DNA from: Gammaproteobacteria bacterium
GTDB lineage: Bacteria > Pseudomonadota > Gammaproteobacteria > UBA4575
Direction of reading: 5' to 3'
Length of the DNA stretch: 64,000 nucleotides
Assembly: GCA_965221955.1 (NCBI GenBank)
Contig: CBDCTA010000022.1
Coordinates: 320,001-384,000, forward strand
The notes beneath the pieces are model-generated. The model searched no databases. It was given only the letters and a program-made list of their open reading frames with translations, and was not told the origin of the DNA. The position numbers and the translations under genes were made by a program. Position 1 is the stretch's first letter. Every line of letters begins with the position of its first letter. Below, in pieces: positions 21,508 to 31,500 of this stretch.

Positions 21508-22662
21508 TTAACTATGGGTAGGTGTTTCTCGATCGATGTGGGTGCGAATATATACGCCGTTACCATGGTGTATAACTTGGTTATTCAGCTCTAAAATCAA
21601 AAGGATAGATGACACCACCTCTACTGCTAAGCCACTACGCTCGATGATTTCATCTATATTGATGGGTTCAAAATCCATGCAATGTAAAATTTTTGCATGT
21701 TGTGGGTCTAAAGAAGGAGTTTCATCTATTGCATTGTTATCAACAGTGCGGTTTGGAGATATTTGCAGAGCGTTTAAGTCTATAAGATGTTTAAACTCTT
21801 CTAAGATATCTTCTACAGTTTCTACGAGTTTTGCACCGTTACGAATTAGAGTATGACAACCTTTTGCAAGTGGATTATGAATTGATCCAGGAATGGCAAA
21901 TACTTCACGACCTTGCTCGGTAGCTAAGCGTGCAGTAATGAGTGAACCACTTTTCATCGAAGCCTCGATAACCAATACACCCAAACTTAAGCCACTAATA
22001 ATGCGATTGCGCCGTGGGAAATGACCAGGTGTGGGTGATGTGCCAATTGGGAATTCGGAAATAATTAAGCCACGCTCAGCAATTTGTTCAGCAAGCCGAC
22101 GGTGTTCTGCAGGGTAGACACGATCTAGACCACAGGCAGCAACCGCAATCGTACTACCAATATCTGCCTGCAGCGCACCGCGATGTGCGGCACCATCAAT
22201 ACCACTTGCTAAGCCGCTAGTAATCACTAATCCGCTCTGTGCTAATTGCTCGGCAAAACAGTTAGCTAGTTCTTTACCTTGAGCACTGGCATTGCGACTA
22301 CCTACGATTCCTAGTTGAGGGTCAGACAGCAAGTCTTTTGCATGTGATGGTTTTCCCAACGCATATAAAACATAAGGAGGGTTAGCAATTTGTTTGAGTA
22401 ATTCTGGATAGGCGTTATCTTGTATGCTAATTAAATGATGATTTTCATGTTCTAACCAAAGTAAATCTTTTTGGATGGCGACTTCATTAGGAGCTTGCAA
22501 ACCGTTAATAACAGCTTGATTAATGCCTAATGATTGCAACTCACTGCGGCATGCATTAAGCACAGCATTGGGTGAATCAAAGTGCTGAAATAGTTTATGT
22601 AATGTAGCAGGCCCAAGTTTGTTGACATGGGTTAAGCTCAGCCAAGCTTCGGTTTGTTGCAT
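21508..22662 (-). CDS. dprA: DNA-processing protein DprA
   Basis: IVGSR, SGLASGID, FPRRNRIISG and SGSLITA; start trimmed to ATG 22662. Confidence 0.93.
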   Translation of the reverse strand: MQQTEAWLSLTHVNKLGPATLHKLFQHFDSPNAVLNACRSELQSLGINQAVINGLQAPNEVAIQKDLLWLEHENHHLISIQDNAYPELLKQIANPPYVLYALGKPSHAKDLLSDPQLGIVGSRNASAQGKELANCFAEQLAQSGLVITSGLASGIDGAAHRGALQADIGSTIAVAACGLDRVYPAEHRRLAEQIAERGLIISEFPIGTSPTPGHFPRRNRIISGLSLGVLVIEASMKSGSLITARLATEQGREVFAIPGSIHNPLAKGCHTLIRNGAKLVETVEDILEEFKHLIDLNALQISPNRTVDNNAIDETPSLDPQHAKILHCMDFEPINIDEIIERSGLAVEVVSSILLILELNNQVIHHGNGVYIRTHIDRETPTHS

Positions 22663-22724
22663 TGATGTCGCTATGATCGTTTTGTCCCTGCTACGGATTG
22701 TAGCGATAAACAAGCAAAGCACAA

Positions 22725-22760
22725 ACGAAAAGAATCCCTTAAGACGTAAAGTCTTAAGGG
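22725..22760 (-). terminator. intrinsic terminator downstream of the LysM gene
   Basis: CCCTTAAGAC-GTAAA-GTCTTAAGGG stem followed on the minus strand by ATTCTTTTCGTTT. Confidence 0.6.
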
Positions 22761-22787
22761 TTGTTATTCTTAGTATTAAAGAATGTT

Positions 22788-24005
22788 TTAAGGGCTGGTA
22801 GCCGAATCGCCTACTTGGATTGAGCGCGTGGTTTCCATTACCAAGGCATAGCTTACTTTTTCAAAAGTTCGAAATACCATCGCGCGGCCCGCGGTTTCTT
22901 CTGGTAACTCAACATCAACGAGTGAGCCAGGTTTTTCAAATGGATCTGCCACTACACGGCCGGCTTGATTAATGTCTAGGACATGCCCTTTTTGAATACC
23001 ATTGCGTTCGCCAAGACTTAAGGTGATAACTTGGTAAGTACCTACTTGGCTAATGGCATCAAATAAAGAAATTACATGACCATGGGTATCTGCAGGTGCG
23101 GCTCGTGGTACAAATTCTGTATCAATTTCACCAAAATTAACTGGTAACAAACGATCACCACGTAAAGCTTCACGTTTGGTTTGAGTTAAATCAAATGTAG
23201 CAGGGTCATCAGAACGGATGACTTCACCGTCACCAACAATAATCGCTTCATAGCCGAGTAGTTCGTCACTAACGGGGTCATGTAAGGCTTCGCCTTTACG
23301 GAAAACAGTATATTGGCCTTGCGGGTCGCCATTAAATCCACGCGCATAAACGCGATCACCGGCACCGAAAGCTAAACGTTCTTCAATAGAACTTAAAATA
23401 TAAGGTGCAGTATCTAGCGTTTCTTCACTGACTACTCGTGGACGAATAATAAATTGCTGAATCGCAGGTATCGCAATGCCATAGGTTTGTGCATCGATGT
23501 CTTCAGCGCGGACTTTAGGGGAAAGTTTAGTGACTCTTGGGCCACCTCCAACGGTTAAATAAGGTTTACCACCAACGTAAAAGATGGAGATGACATCACC
23601 CGGATAAATTAAATGCGGGTTTTCTATTTGTGGGTTGAGATACCAAATTTCCGGCCAATACCAAGGTTGAACTAAAAAGCGATTCGACAAATCCCATAGG
23701 GTATCGCCAGGCACTACAGTGTATTGTTCAGGCGCTGAAGCTTTAAACTCAACATTGTGATGATCAGGAGAAACGGGCAGATCTTCTAAGCGTGGCTCGC
23801 TAGAAGTATCCAATGCTTGGGTTTCGGGGCCGTCGATTTCAACTGCAGGTTCACCTACTTCGATATCCGTATCACTGGCAGATGCATCATCCCCAACATC
23901 AGAGGTCGTGGTACAAGATGTAAGCAGCCCTGCCAACAACATGGCAGAAAAAATGCTAATTAACTGTGTAATGAATGTGCCGTGATGGTTGAATTTCCCC
24001 AGCAT
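22788..24005 (-). CDS. LysM peptidoglycan-binding lipoprotein (TsaP-like)
   Basis: Lipobox LTSC; YTVVPGDTLWDLS...PWYWPEIW..NPQIENPHLIYPGD; lies between def and dprA. Confidence 0.85.
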   Translation of the reverse strand: MLGKFNHHGTFITQLISIFSAMLLAGLLTSCTTTSDVGDDASASDTDIEVGEPAVEIDGPETQALDTSSEPRLEDLPVSPDHHNVEFKASAPEQYTVVPGDTLWDLSNRFLVQPWYWPEIWYLNPQIENPHLIYPGDVISIFYVGGKPYLTVGGGPRVTKLSPKVRAEDIDAQTYGIAIPAIQQFIIRPRVVSEETLDTAPYILSSIEERLAFGAGDRVYARGFNGDPQGQYTVFRKGEALHDPVSDELLGYEAIIVGDGEVIRSDDPATFDLTQTKREALRGDRLLPVNFGEIDTEFVPRAAPADTHGHVISLFDAISQVGTYQVITLSLGERNGIQKGHVLDINQAGRVVADPFEKPGSLVDVELPEETAGRAMVFRTFEKVSYALVMETTRSIQVGDSATSP

Positions 24006-24172
24006 ATTGATCCTTATCCGTTGTTAAAGATGATTTTTTGCTAAACTAGTTGTCAATACTTTATATATTGAGGTATGCCCTTATTAAACCCAAGGTAATC
24101 CAGTAATGGCTACCTTATGAACACGGGCCGAAATGGCAATACTAAATTAATTTATAACTATTGTGTAACTTA

Positions 24173-24715
24173 ATGGCGCTTCTACAAATTTTACACTTTC
24201 CAGACCCTAGGTTGAGAAAAAAGGCTCTTCCAGTCGATGAGGTGAATGATCAGGTCCGACAGACGGTGGAGGACATGTTTGAGACTATGTATGACGCGCC
24301 TGGCATTGGCCTTGCGGCGACTCAGGTCAATATTCAGCAGCAAATTATCGTCCTTGATGTCTCAGAAGATCGGTCAGCTCCGATATGCCTTATCAACCCT
24401 GAGATCATTGCTAAAGAGGGTGAAGAAGAAATGCAGGAGGGGTGTTTGTCGGTTCCTGGGATTTTCGAGAATGTTAAGCGCTATGAAAACGTTACCGTAC
24501 GCGCTTTAGACAAAGATGGTGTTGAATACACTCGAGAAGCGGATGACTTATTGGCGGTGTGCATCCAGCATGAAATGGATCATTTAGAAGGTAAATTGTT
24601 TGTAGATTATTTGTCGCCACTTAAAATGCAACGCATTAAGAAAAAAATGCTTAAGCTAAAAAAACATGAAACTACTGAATCTGATGCAACACCTCAGTCT
24701 GCCAGTATCATTTAA
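24173..24715 (+). CDS. def: peptide deformylase
   Basis: [13 protein letters not shown] and QHEMDH; start trimmed to ATG 24173. Confidence 0.96.
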   Translation: MALLQILHFPDPRLRKKALPVDEVNDQVRQTVEDMFETMYDAPGIGLAATQVNIQQQIIVLDVSEDRSAPICLINPEIIAKEGEEEMQEGCLSVPGIFENVKRYENVTVRALDKDGVEYTREADDLLAVCIQHEMDHLEGKLFVDYLSPLKMQRIKKKMLKLKKHETTESDATPQSASII

Positions 24716-24805
24716 GGATATGCTTTAGTTTATCGCTGTAATCCTCAGCTTTTGGCAGCAATGCCATACTTTCTATGTAACGCCACATGTTTATGATCTA
24801 TTTCG

Positions 24806-25778
24806 ATGAGTAAAGATCTAAACATCATTTTTGCAGGTACGCCAGAGTTTGCGGCAGCAGCATTGCAAGCTTGTATAACCAGTCCACACAATGTGGTTGC
24901 AGTGTATTGTCAACCTGATCGTCCAGCAGGCCGTGGTCGAAAAATTCAATACGGGCCAGTTAAGCGATTAGCCCTTGAAGCAGGTATTCCAGTTTTTCAA
25001 CCACAACGCTTAGAGCAAAAACAATTTGCTGAACTAAAAAAATTAAATGCTGATGTGATGTTAGTAAGTGCTTATGGTTTGTTGCTTCCCAAACAAGTTT
25101 TAAGAATTCCGAAGTTAGGCTGCATCAATATTCACGCATCATTGTTACCTAAGTGGCGTGGTGCAGCGCCGATTCAACGCGCAATTATTGCTGGTGACCC
25201 ACAAAGTGGCATCAGCATTATGCAGATGGTAGAGGAGCTTGATGCTGGCCCTGTACTGAAAACCTTTGCATGCGATATCCAAGCCAACGATACAGGCACG
25301 AAGTTTACATGACCGCCTCGCAAAAATAGCAGCGGATGAAATTGTTGGGGTACTAGAGAGTTTGCAAAAACAAGAGTTGGATGTAACTGAGCAAGACGAA
25401 ACCCAAGTGAGTTATGCACATAAACTGAGCAAACAAGAAGCGAATATTGATTGGCAACAAAGTGCCGTGGAGATTGAGCGTAAAATACGCGCATTTAATG
25501 CATGGCCCGTTGCGTATACTTATTTAGACGAGCAACGTTTGCGAGTTTGGCAAGCCGAAATATGCGCTCCAGTAGAAAATAAAGCACCTGGTCAAATTGT
25601 TACGGCTGATAAACAAGGCATTCAAGTTGCTACCGGTGCTGGCACAATTAACCTTATTTCTGTGCAACTTGCAGGTGGTAAAGTGATTCGTGCACAAGAC
25701 TTTATCAATGCGCATGATGTGCAGGGAAAATGTTTTTCTGCGAAACCTACTAAAAACCGAGTTAGAGCTTCGGCATGA
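24806..25778 (+). pseudogene. fmt: methionyl-tRNA formyltransferase split by a single extra base (probable sequence error)
   Basis: N-half [28 protein letters not shown] (24806-25312); C-half SLHDRLA, YAHKL, IRAFNAWP (25266-25778); removing one A at 25301-25302 restores a 323-aa frame. Confidence 0.9.
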
Positions 25779-26341
25779 ATAGAATAGCTTTGAAATATAC
25801 AACGCTGTTTTTTCTGTTTTTGGTTGTGATGAGTGTTAATTTTGTACTGGCTAGAACCAGTGCTATCGAAGTGAATTATTTAAATATTACTGAGCTCGAT
25901 GATGAACTGCGTTTGGATGCGGAAATCGCATATGAATTAAATAGTGAAGTGAGAGAAGCATTAGTTAATGGAATCCCATTAGTATTTCAAGTTGAAGTGC
26001 AGGTTGTAAGCTTAAAAGAATGGCTTTTAGATAAAGTTGTTTCTTCTGTAGTGAAAACATACACGTTAAGATATCACGCGCTGAGTAAGCAGTATGTGTT
26101 AGAAAGTCATGAGACAGGTGATAGTGATAGTTTTCCAGATCTAGAGTCTGCGCTTATTCAACAAGGTAGAGTTTCAGCAATGTATATTGTTGAAACGCAG
26201 TTCTTAAAGGAGCAAGACAAACATAGCGTGTTGCTGCGTTCGCAGTTGTTAAGTAATAAATTACCTTTGCCATTAAGAATGAAAAGTTACTTTTCTCCTA
26301 AGTGGCGTCTTAATAGTGGGTGGCATGAATGGCCGCTATAG
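25775..26341 (+). CDS. DUF4390 domain periplasmic protein
   Basis: Signal peptide; EALVNGIPL, LRYHALS and LPLPLR; standard partner upstream of ntrY/ntrX. Confidence 0.85.
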   Translation: MNRIALKYTTLFFLFLVVMSVNFVLARTSAIEVNYLNITELDDELRLDAEIAYELNSEVREALVNGIPLVFQVEVQVVSLKEWLLDKVVSSVVKTYTLRYHALSKQYVLESHETGDSDSFPDLESALIQQGRVSAMYIVETQFLKEQDKHSVLLRSQLLSNKLPLPLRMKSYFSPKWRLNSGWHEWPL

Positions 26342-28569
26342 AAAAACAAACTGTTCTGCGCATTTGGCCGATCATTTTGCTATTTGCATTATTGATGGGG
26401 TCTTTATACTTGCTAGCAGATGCCACTCGAAGCGAGACTAGTTTTGAGCAACTACATTATTGGTTGTTTCCCTTTAATGTTTTATTGCTGGCCATATTTT
26501 TAATTTTAATTGTTGTAAATATTGCTCGTTTAGGAATGCAGGTGGTAAAGCGTCAGCCAGGCTCACGTTTAACCCTGCGTTTATTACTCATGTTTGTATT
26601 ATTAGCAATGGTACCAGTGGGTATTGTATACACTTTTTCTATGTGGCTGATTCAAGAAGGAGTGGATAGTTGGTTTGATGCAGATGTTGAACAAGCCTTA
26701 CAGGATTCGGTTGATCTGAGTCGCTCATCTTTAGATTTACACATGCGCAAATTGCGGCAACAAACCGAACCAATGGTAAGGGAGCTTGCTCAAACTACAC
26801 CACTAGATGCACCTTTGGTGATTAATGACTTATTACGCCGTAGCGGTGCAGCAGAAATTGTTATTTTTAATCGCAGTAGTCGCATCATTGCATCGGGTGG
26901 AGAAGTCGGTGCGGAGGTATTACCACGTTTGCCTGGTGAAACGGTAATGCGTCTGGTCGGCCAAGGGCAAACTTATGTGGGGCTCGATCCGATTAAGGAT
27001 TCTGGTTTACATGTGAGGCTCGTGTTTCCAATGAGTCTTGGTCGCACCTCGACTGAAAAACGTATGGTACAGGTGTTGTATCCGATCTCAGATCGAATTA
27101 GTGATTTAGCACTGAGTGTTCAGGAAGGTTTTGGTAAATACAATGAATTGGTTTATTTGCGTACACCTTTAAAGCAAAATTTTGCACTCATTATCACATT
27201 GGTTTTATTGCTGGGTATTTTATTCGCGGTGTGGGCCGCTTTTTACTCTGCTCGTAGATTAGTTGAGCCGATTAAAGACCTCGCACAAGGTACCAAATCG
27301 GTAGCGGAGGGACAATATAATAAAAAAATTCCAGTTGAGCGTAATGATGATTTAGGCATGCTAGTCGCTTCATTTAATCAGATGACCGAGCGTTTATCTC
27401 TAGCACGTGATAAAGCAAAGTTAAGCCAACGTCTTATTGATAGTCAACGTAACTACTTACAAACGATCTTAGAAAATCTTTCTTCAGGTGTAATAAGTCT
27501 TGATCAACATCTAGTAATTAAAACGGCTAATGCAACGGCTTCACAAATTTTAAATATAGACATCAATGAATACATTGGCCGTGATGTGGCACAACTTTCC
27601 ATGGTCAATGAAAATTTAAAAAGTTTTTGTGACCAAATTGTACCGCTGATTCAAGGAAGAGATACACAATGGCAGACCGAAATAAAACTGTTTGGCGCAA
27701 ATCTTAATAAAACCTTAATGTGCCGTGGTGTGAAACTTCCAGATGATGCTGAGCAAACGGGAGGTTACACATTGGTGTTTGATGACATTACAGAGCTGAT
27801 CAGTGCGCAGCGTGATTCTGCGTGGGGAGAAGTTGCACGGAGATTAGCGCATGAAATTAAAAACCCACTAACACCGATTCAACTTTCGGCTGAACGTTTA
27901 CAACGTAAAATATTACCTGAGCTTAATGAACATGATGGTAGTATTTTAGATCGTGCAACGGCCACGATTGTTGAACAAGTGGAATCAATGAAAGAAATGG
28001 TAAATGATTTTGCCGATTATGCACGTGTGCCGCAAATTGAAAAAACTCCTTTGGATTTAAACAAATTAATTGCTGAAGTAGTCGAGTTATATCAAAACAA
28101 TGCACAAAATTATGCAGTGCATACTTCATTTGATGAATACCCGCCTTTAATTTTGGGCGATAGCACGCGGCTACGTCAGTTAATGCATAACTTAATCAAA
28201 AATGCGTTTGAAGCAATGCCGAGTAATGCAAAAGAGGATGATCCATTGCAGGTGCAAATCACCACACGCTGTTTTGAAATTAGTGGTGTGCCTTTTGTAA
28301 GTCTGGTAATAGTGGATGATGGCCCAGGCTTTCCTGAAGAAGTGCTTGAACGATTATTTGAGCCCTATGTCACTACTAAAAATACGGGTAACGGTTTAGG
28401 GCTAGCGATTGTGAAGAAGATTGTTGAAGAACATGGCGGTACTATACGTGCAGAGAACTCTCCAGATAAGGGAGCTCGTATTAAGATTCGTATACCATTG
28501 AGTGTTGCACAATTGAGCGGTACACAAAGTGGTGATATACCCGTGCGTAGCCAGGGAGATGCGGCATGA
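26329..28569 (+). CDS. ntrY: NtrY-like sensor histidine kinase (HAMP-PAS-HisKA-HATPase)
   Basis: AWGEVARRLAHEIKNPLTPIQLSAERL, NLIKNA, DDGPG, FEPYVTTK and GLGL. Confidence 0.88.
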   Translation: MAAIEKQTVLRIWPIILLFALLMGSLYLLADATRSETSFEQLHYWLFPFNVLLLAIFLILIVVNIARLGMQVVKRQPGSRLTLRLLLMFVLLAMVPVGIVYTFSMWLIQEGVDSWFDADVEQALQDSVDLSRSSLDLHMRKLRQQTEPMVRELAQTTPLDAPLVINDLLRRSGAAEIVIFNRSSRIIASGGEVGAEVLPRLPGETVMRLVGQGQTYVGLDPIKDSGLHVRLVFPMSLGRTSTEKRMVQVLYPISDRISDLALSVQEGFGKYNELVYLRTPLKQNFALIITLVLLLGILFAVWAAFYSARRLVEPIKDLAQGTKSVAEGQYNKKIPVERNDDLGMLVASFNQMTERLSLARDKAKLSQRLIDSQRNYLQTILENLSSGVISLDQHLVIKTANATASQILNIDINEYIGRDVAQLSMVNENLKSFCDQIVPLIQGRDTQWQTEIKLFGANLNKTLMCRGVKLPDDAEQTGGYTLVFDDITELISAQRDSAWGEVARRLAHEIKNPLTPIQLSAERLQRKILPELNEHDGSILDRATATIVEQVESMKEMVNDFADYARVPQIEKTPLDLNKLIAEVVELYQNNAQNYAVHTSFDEYPPLILGDSTRLRQLMHNLIKNAFEAMPSNAKEDDPLQVQITTRCFEISGVPFVSLVIVDDGPGFPEEVLERLFEPYVTTKNTGNGLGLAIVKKIVEEHGGTIRAENSPDKGARIKIRIPLSVAQLSGTQSGDIPVRSQGDAA

Positions 28570-29927
28570 GTCAAGAGAACATTTTAGTCGTAGATGATGA
28601 ACCAGATATTCGTAATTTGGTTCAAGAGATATTGGTTGATGAAGGTTACAAAGTAAGTGTAGCTGAAAATACTAAAGTGGCGCGAAAACATGCAAGCAGT
28701 AAACAACCTGATTTAGTACTACTCGATATTTGGATGCCTGGTGAAGATGGCATCAGTTTACTAAAAGATTGGCAAAATACAGGGAGCTTGCAGTGTCCAG
28801 TTGTGATGATGTCAGGACACGGCACGGTGGAAACTGCAGTAGAAGCTACTCGTCTTGGTGCATATGATTTTATTGAAAAGCCGCTTACGATGGCTAAATT
28901 ATTAGTTAGTGTTAAACGTGCGTTAGAAGCCGCAGAACAAGCTCAAGACTCCACTAAGCCTGATGAATTAGTTGAAGCACCCGTCGGTTCAAGCTTGCCT
29001 ATTCAGTCGTTGCGGGATCAAGCTAAAAAGTTGGCTGCACATGATAATGTTTTGTTTATTAAAGGCGAGGCAGGTGTAGGTAAAAAAACTTTTGCTAATT
29101 ATGTGCATTCACTCAGTGAAAGAAAAACTAAGCGCTTTGTTACCTTAAATGAAGATAACTTTAATTCACGCGAAGCTGCAAAACAGTTATTTGGCTCTGA
29201 AGAAGATGATGTTATCACGCCTGGAATTTTTGAACTATGTAAGGGCGGTACAGTATTTATTAGTGATGTGGCAAAAATCAATTCTCACGGACAAAAATTA
29301 CTGTTACATCTAATGCAGAGAAAACAGTTCAACCGTATTGATGGAGGCACCGCACAAAAATTTGACGCACGCATAATGGTTGCCACGCAATACAATCTAC
29401 AAGCTGAAGTTAAAGCAAATCGTTTTGACGATGAGTTATATTTTTTATTAAACGTCGTACCAGTACGCATTCCTGCGTTACGTGAACACTTACAAGATGT
29501 ACCCGAGCTGTTGCGTTATTACATCGATTTCTATTGTTCAAAAGATAACTACCCATACCGAAATTTTGCCATAGCTGCACAAAACCGTTTGTTGCATTAC
29601 ACTTGGCCTGGGAATGTTCGTGAACTAAAAAATTTAGTACAGAGATTGTTAATTTTAAGTTCTGCAGATGAGGTTTCAGCGGATGAAGTTGAGCAAGCTC
29701 TTGAAGAACAAAGCACGGAAAGTCAAAGCGATGCCGCTGGATATGAAAAATTATTTAAATTACCGCTTAGAGAAGCGCGTGAGTCTTTTGAGCGCAGCTA
29801 TTTTATGCACCAGCTAAAACAAGTCGATGGCAATATCAGTAAACTCTCGGAACGTGTTGGCTTGGAACGCACCCACCTATACCGCAAACTACGCGCTTTG
29901 GGGATTAATACCAAAGAACCGCAATAG
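28566..29927 (+). CDS. ntrX: NtrX-like response regulator (REC-AAA+-HTH)
   Basis: LLDIWMP, SGHG, GAYDFIEKP, WPGNVRELKN and ERTHLYRKL; no GAFTGA. Confidence 0.88.
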   Translation: MSQENILVVDDEPDIRNLVQEILVDEGYKVSVAENTKVARKHASSKQPDLVLLDIWMPGEDGISLLKDWQNTGSLQCPVVMMSGHGTVETAVEATRLGAYDFIEKPLTMAKLLVSVKRALEAAEQAQDSTKPDELVEAPVGSSLPIQSLRDQAKKLAAHDNVLFIKGEAGVGKKTFANYVHSLSERKTKRFVTLNEDNFNSREAAKQLFGSEEDDVITPGIFELCKGGTVFISDVAKINSHGQKLLLHLMQRKQFNRIDGGTAQKFDARIMVATQYNLQAEVKANRFDDELYFLLNVVPVRIPALREHLQDVPELLRYYIDFYCSKDNYPYRNFAIAAQNRLLHYTWPGNVRELKNLVQRLLILSSADEVSADEVEQALEEQSTESQSDAAGYEKLFKLPLREARESFERSYFMHQLKQVDGNISKLSERVGLERTHLYRKLRALGINTKEPQ

Positions 29928-29962
29928 CCATCTACCATTCATACACCTTAGTAGAAAAGGGC

Positions 29963-29991
29963 TTGCAAGTGCCTAGCAACACGCCTATTCT
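29963..29991 (+). promoter_or_regulatory. putative sigma70 promoter of trkAH
   Basis: TTGCAA-17 bp-TATTCT followed by a GC-rich stretch, 52 nt upstream of trkA. Confidence 0.45.
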
Positions 29992-30043
29992 GCGCCGGCT
30001 TAATATGACTGGGCCTAAAACGCAGGTTTGGTAAATAAATGCT

Positions 30044-31417
30044 ATGAAAATCATAATCTTAGGTGCAGGTCAAGTAGGCGGATCATTAGCGCTAAGCTTG
30101 GCAAATGAGAACAACGATATCACTGTTGTGGATACTGATGCGCTAATTCTGCAAGACATTCAGGATCGCGCAGATTTACGTACCATTATTGGTGAGGCTT
30201 CGCATCCGTCCGTTCTCGCACAAGCGGGCGCTAAAGATGCAGATATGATTATTGCACTTACCAATAGCGACGAAACCAATATGGTGGCCTGCCAGGTCGC
30301 TTATACACTTTTTCATACACCCACCAAGATTGCACGAATTCGAGCCGTTGAATATCTCACTTATAGTGATCTATTTGTGCAAGAAGCCTTGCCGGTAGAT
30401 GTGTTAATCAGTCCTGAACATTTAATCTCACAATACATTCAACGCTTAATCGAACATCCGGGTTCATTGCAAGTTCTAGATTTTGCCAATGGCCAAATTA
30501 AATTGTTAGCCATGCGCGCCGAAGCAGGTGGTCCTTTGATAGGTAAACGTTTGGATGATATTTGGGAGGCGATGCCTGAAACGGAAGCTAATGTAGTTGC
30601 GGTTTATCGCAATAATGACTCTATTACATTAAATGCTGACACCATTATCGAAGCAGAAGATGAAGTATTTTTTCTGGCGTCTTCTGCAAATGCGGTTGCA
30701 ATGACCACGCAACTGCGTGGTGCGGATAAGCCATATAAACGTGTATTGATTGCAGGTGGTGGTAATATTGGTTTGCACCTTGCTAAGTCACTAGAAAGTA
30801 AATATCAAGTTAAAATAATTGAGCGCTCTCCTGAGCGCGCAAATTATTTGTCTGAATCTCTTGATAAAACGATTGTTTTACAAGGTGATGCAGCGGATCA
30901 AGACATGCTGCTAGAAGAGAATATTGAAAACATGGATGTGTTTTGTGCGCTTACTAATGATGATGAGGCAAATATTCTTTCTGCAATGTTAACAAAGCGC
31001 TTAGGTGCGAATAAAGTCATGTCGCTGATTAATCGCCCTAGCTATGTAGATTTAGTAGAAAGCGGCATGATCGACATCGCGATTTCTCCACAGCAAGTTA
31101 CTTTAGGCACATTGTTGGCGCATGTGCGTAAAGGCGACATTGTTGCGGTACATTCTTTACGTCGTGGTGCCGCAGAGGCCATCGAAGCGGTAGCACATGG
31201 CGATAAAAAGACTTCTAAAGTGGTAGGGCGTAATATAGAGCAAATTAGTCTTCCAAGTGGTGCGACCATAGGTGCAATTGCGAGAGGTGAGGAGGTCATG
31301 ATGGCACAAGCTGATATCACGATTGAATCAGAAGACCATGTCATTATCTTTTTAGCGGATAAGACAGCGGTTAAAGATATAGAGAAATTGTTCCAAGTTT
31401 CTGCAACCTTTATATAA
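30044..31417 (+). CDS. trkA: Trk potassium uptake NAD-binding subunit
   Basis: MKIIILGAGQVG, second GGGNIG and RRGAAEAIEAVAHGD. Confidence 0.95.
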   Translation: MKIIILGAGQVGGSLALSLANENNDITVVDTDALILQDIQDRADLRTIIGEASHPSVLAQAGAKDADMIIALTNSDETNMVACQVAYTLFHTPTKIARIRAVEYLTYSDLFVQEALPVDVLISPEHLISQYIQRLIEHPGSLQVLDFANGQIKLLAMRAEAGGPLIGKRLDDIWEAMPETEANVVAVYRNNDSITLNADTIIEAEDEVFFLASSANAVAMTTQLRGADKPYKRVLIAGGGNIGLHLAKSLESKYQVKIIERSPERANYLSESLDKTIVLQGDAADQDMLLEENIENMDVFCALTNDDEANILSAMLTKRLGANKVMSLINRPSYVDLVESGMIDIAISPQQVTLGTLLAHVRKGDIVAVHSLRRGAAEAIEAVAHGDKKTSKVVGRNIEQISLPSGATIGAIARGEEVMMAQADITIESEDHVIIFLADKTAVKDIEKLFQVSATFI

Positions 31418-31500
31418 CTTTGGTTAATCTTCATCGCGGTTTAAAACGCAGTATTCGTTAAATATTTTTTAATATTTACAAACCAGCCATCTTTTAATTC

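Noticed and set aside
25285-25320. Programmed ribosomal frameshift in fmt
   Set aside because: No slippery heptamer or shift-prone stop context; an indel explains it more simply.
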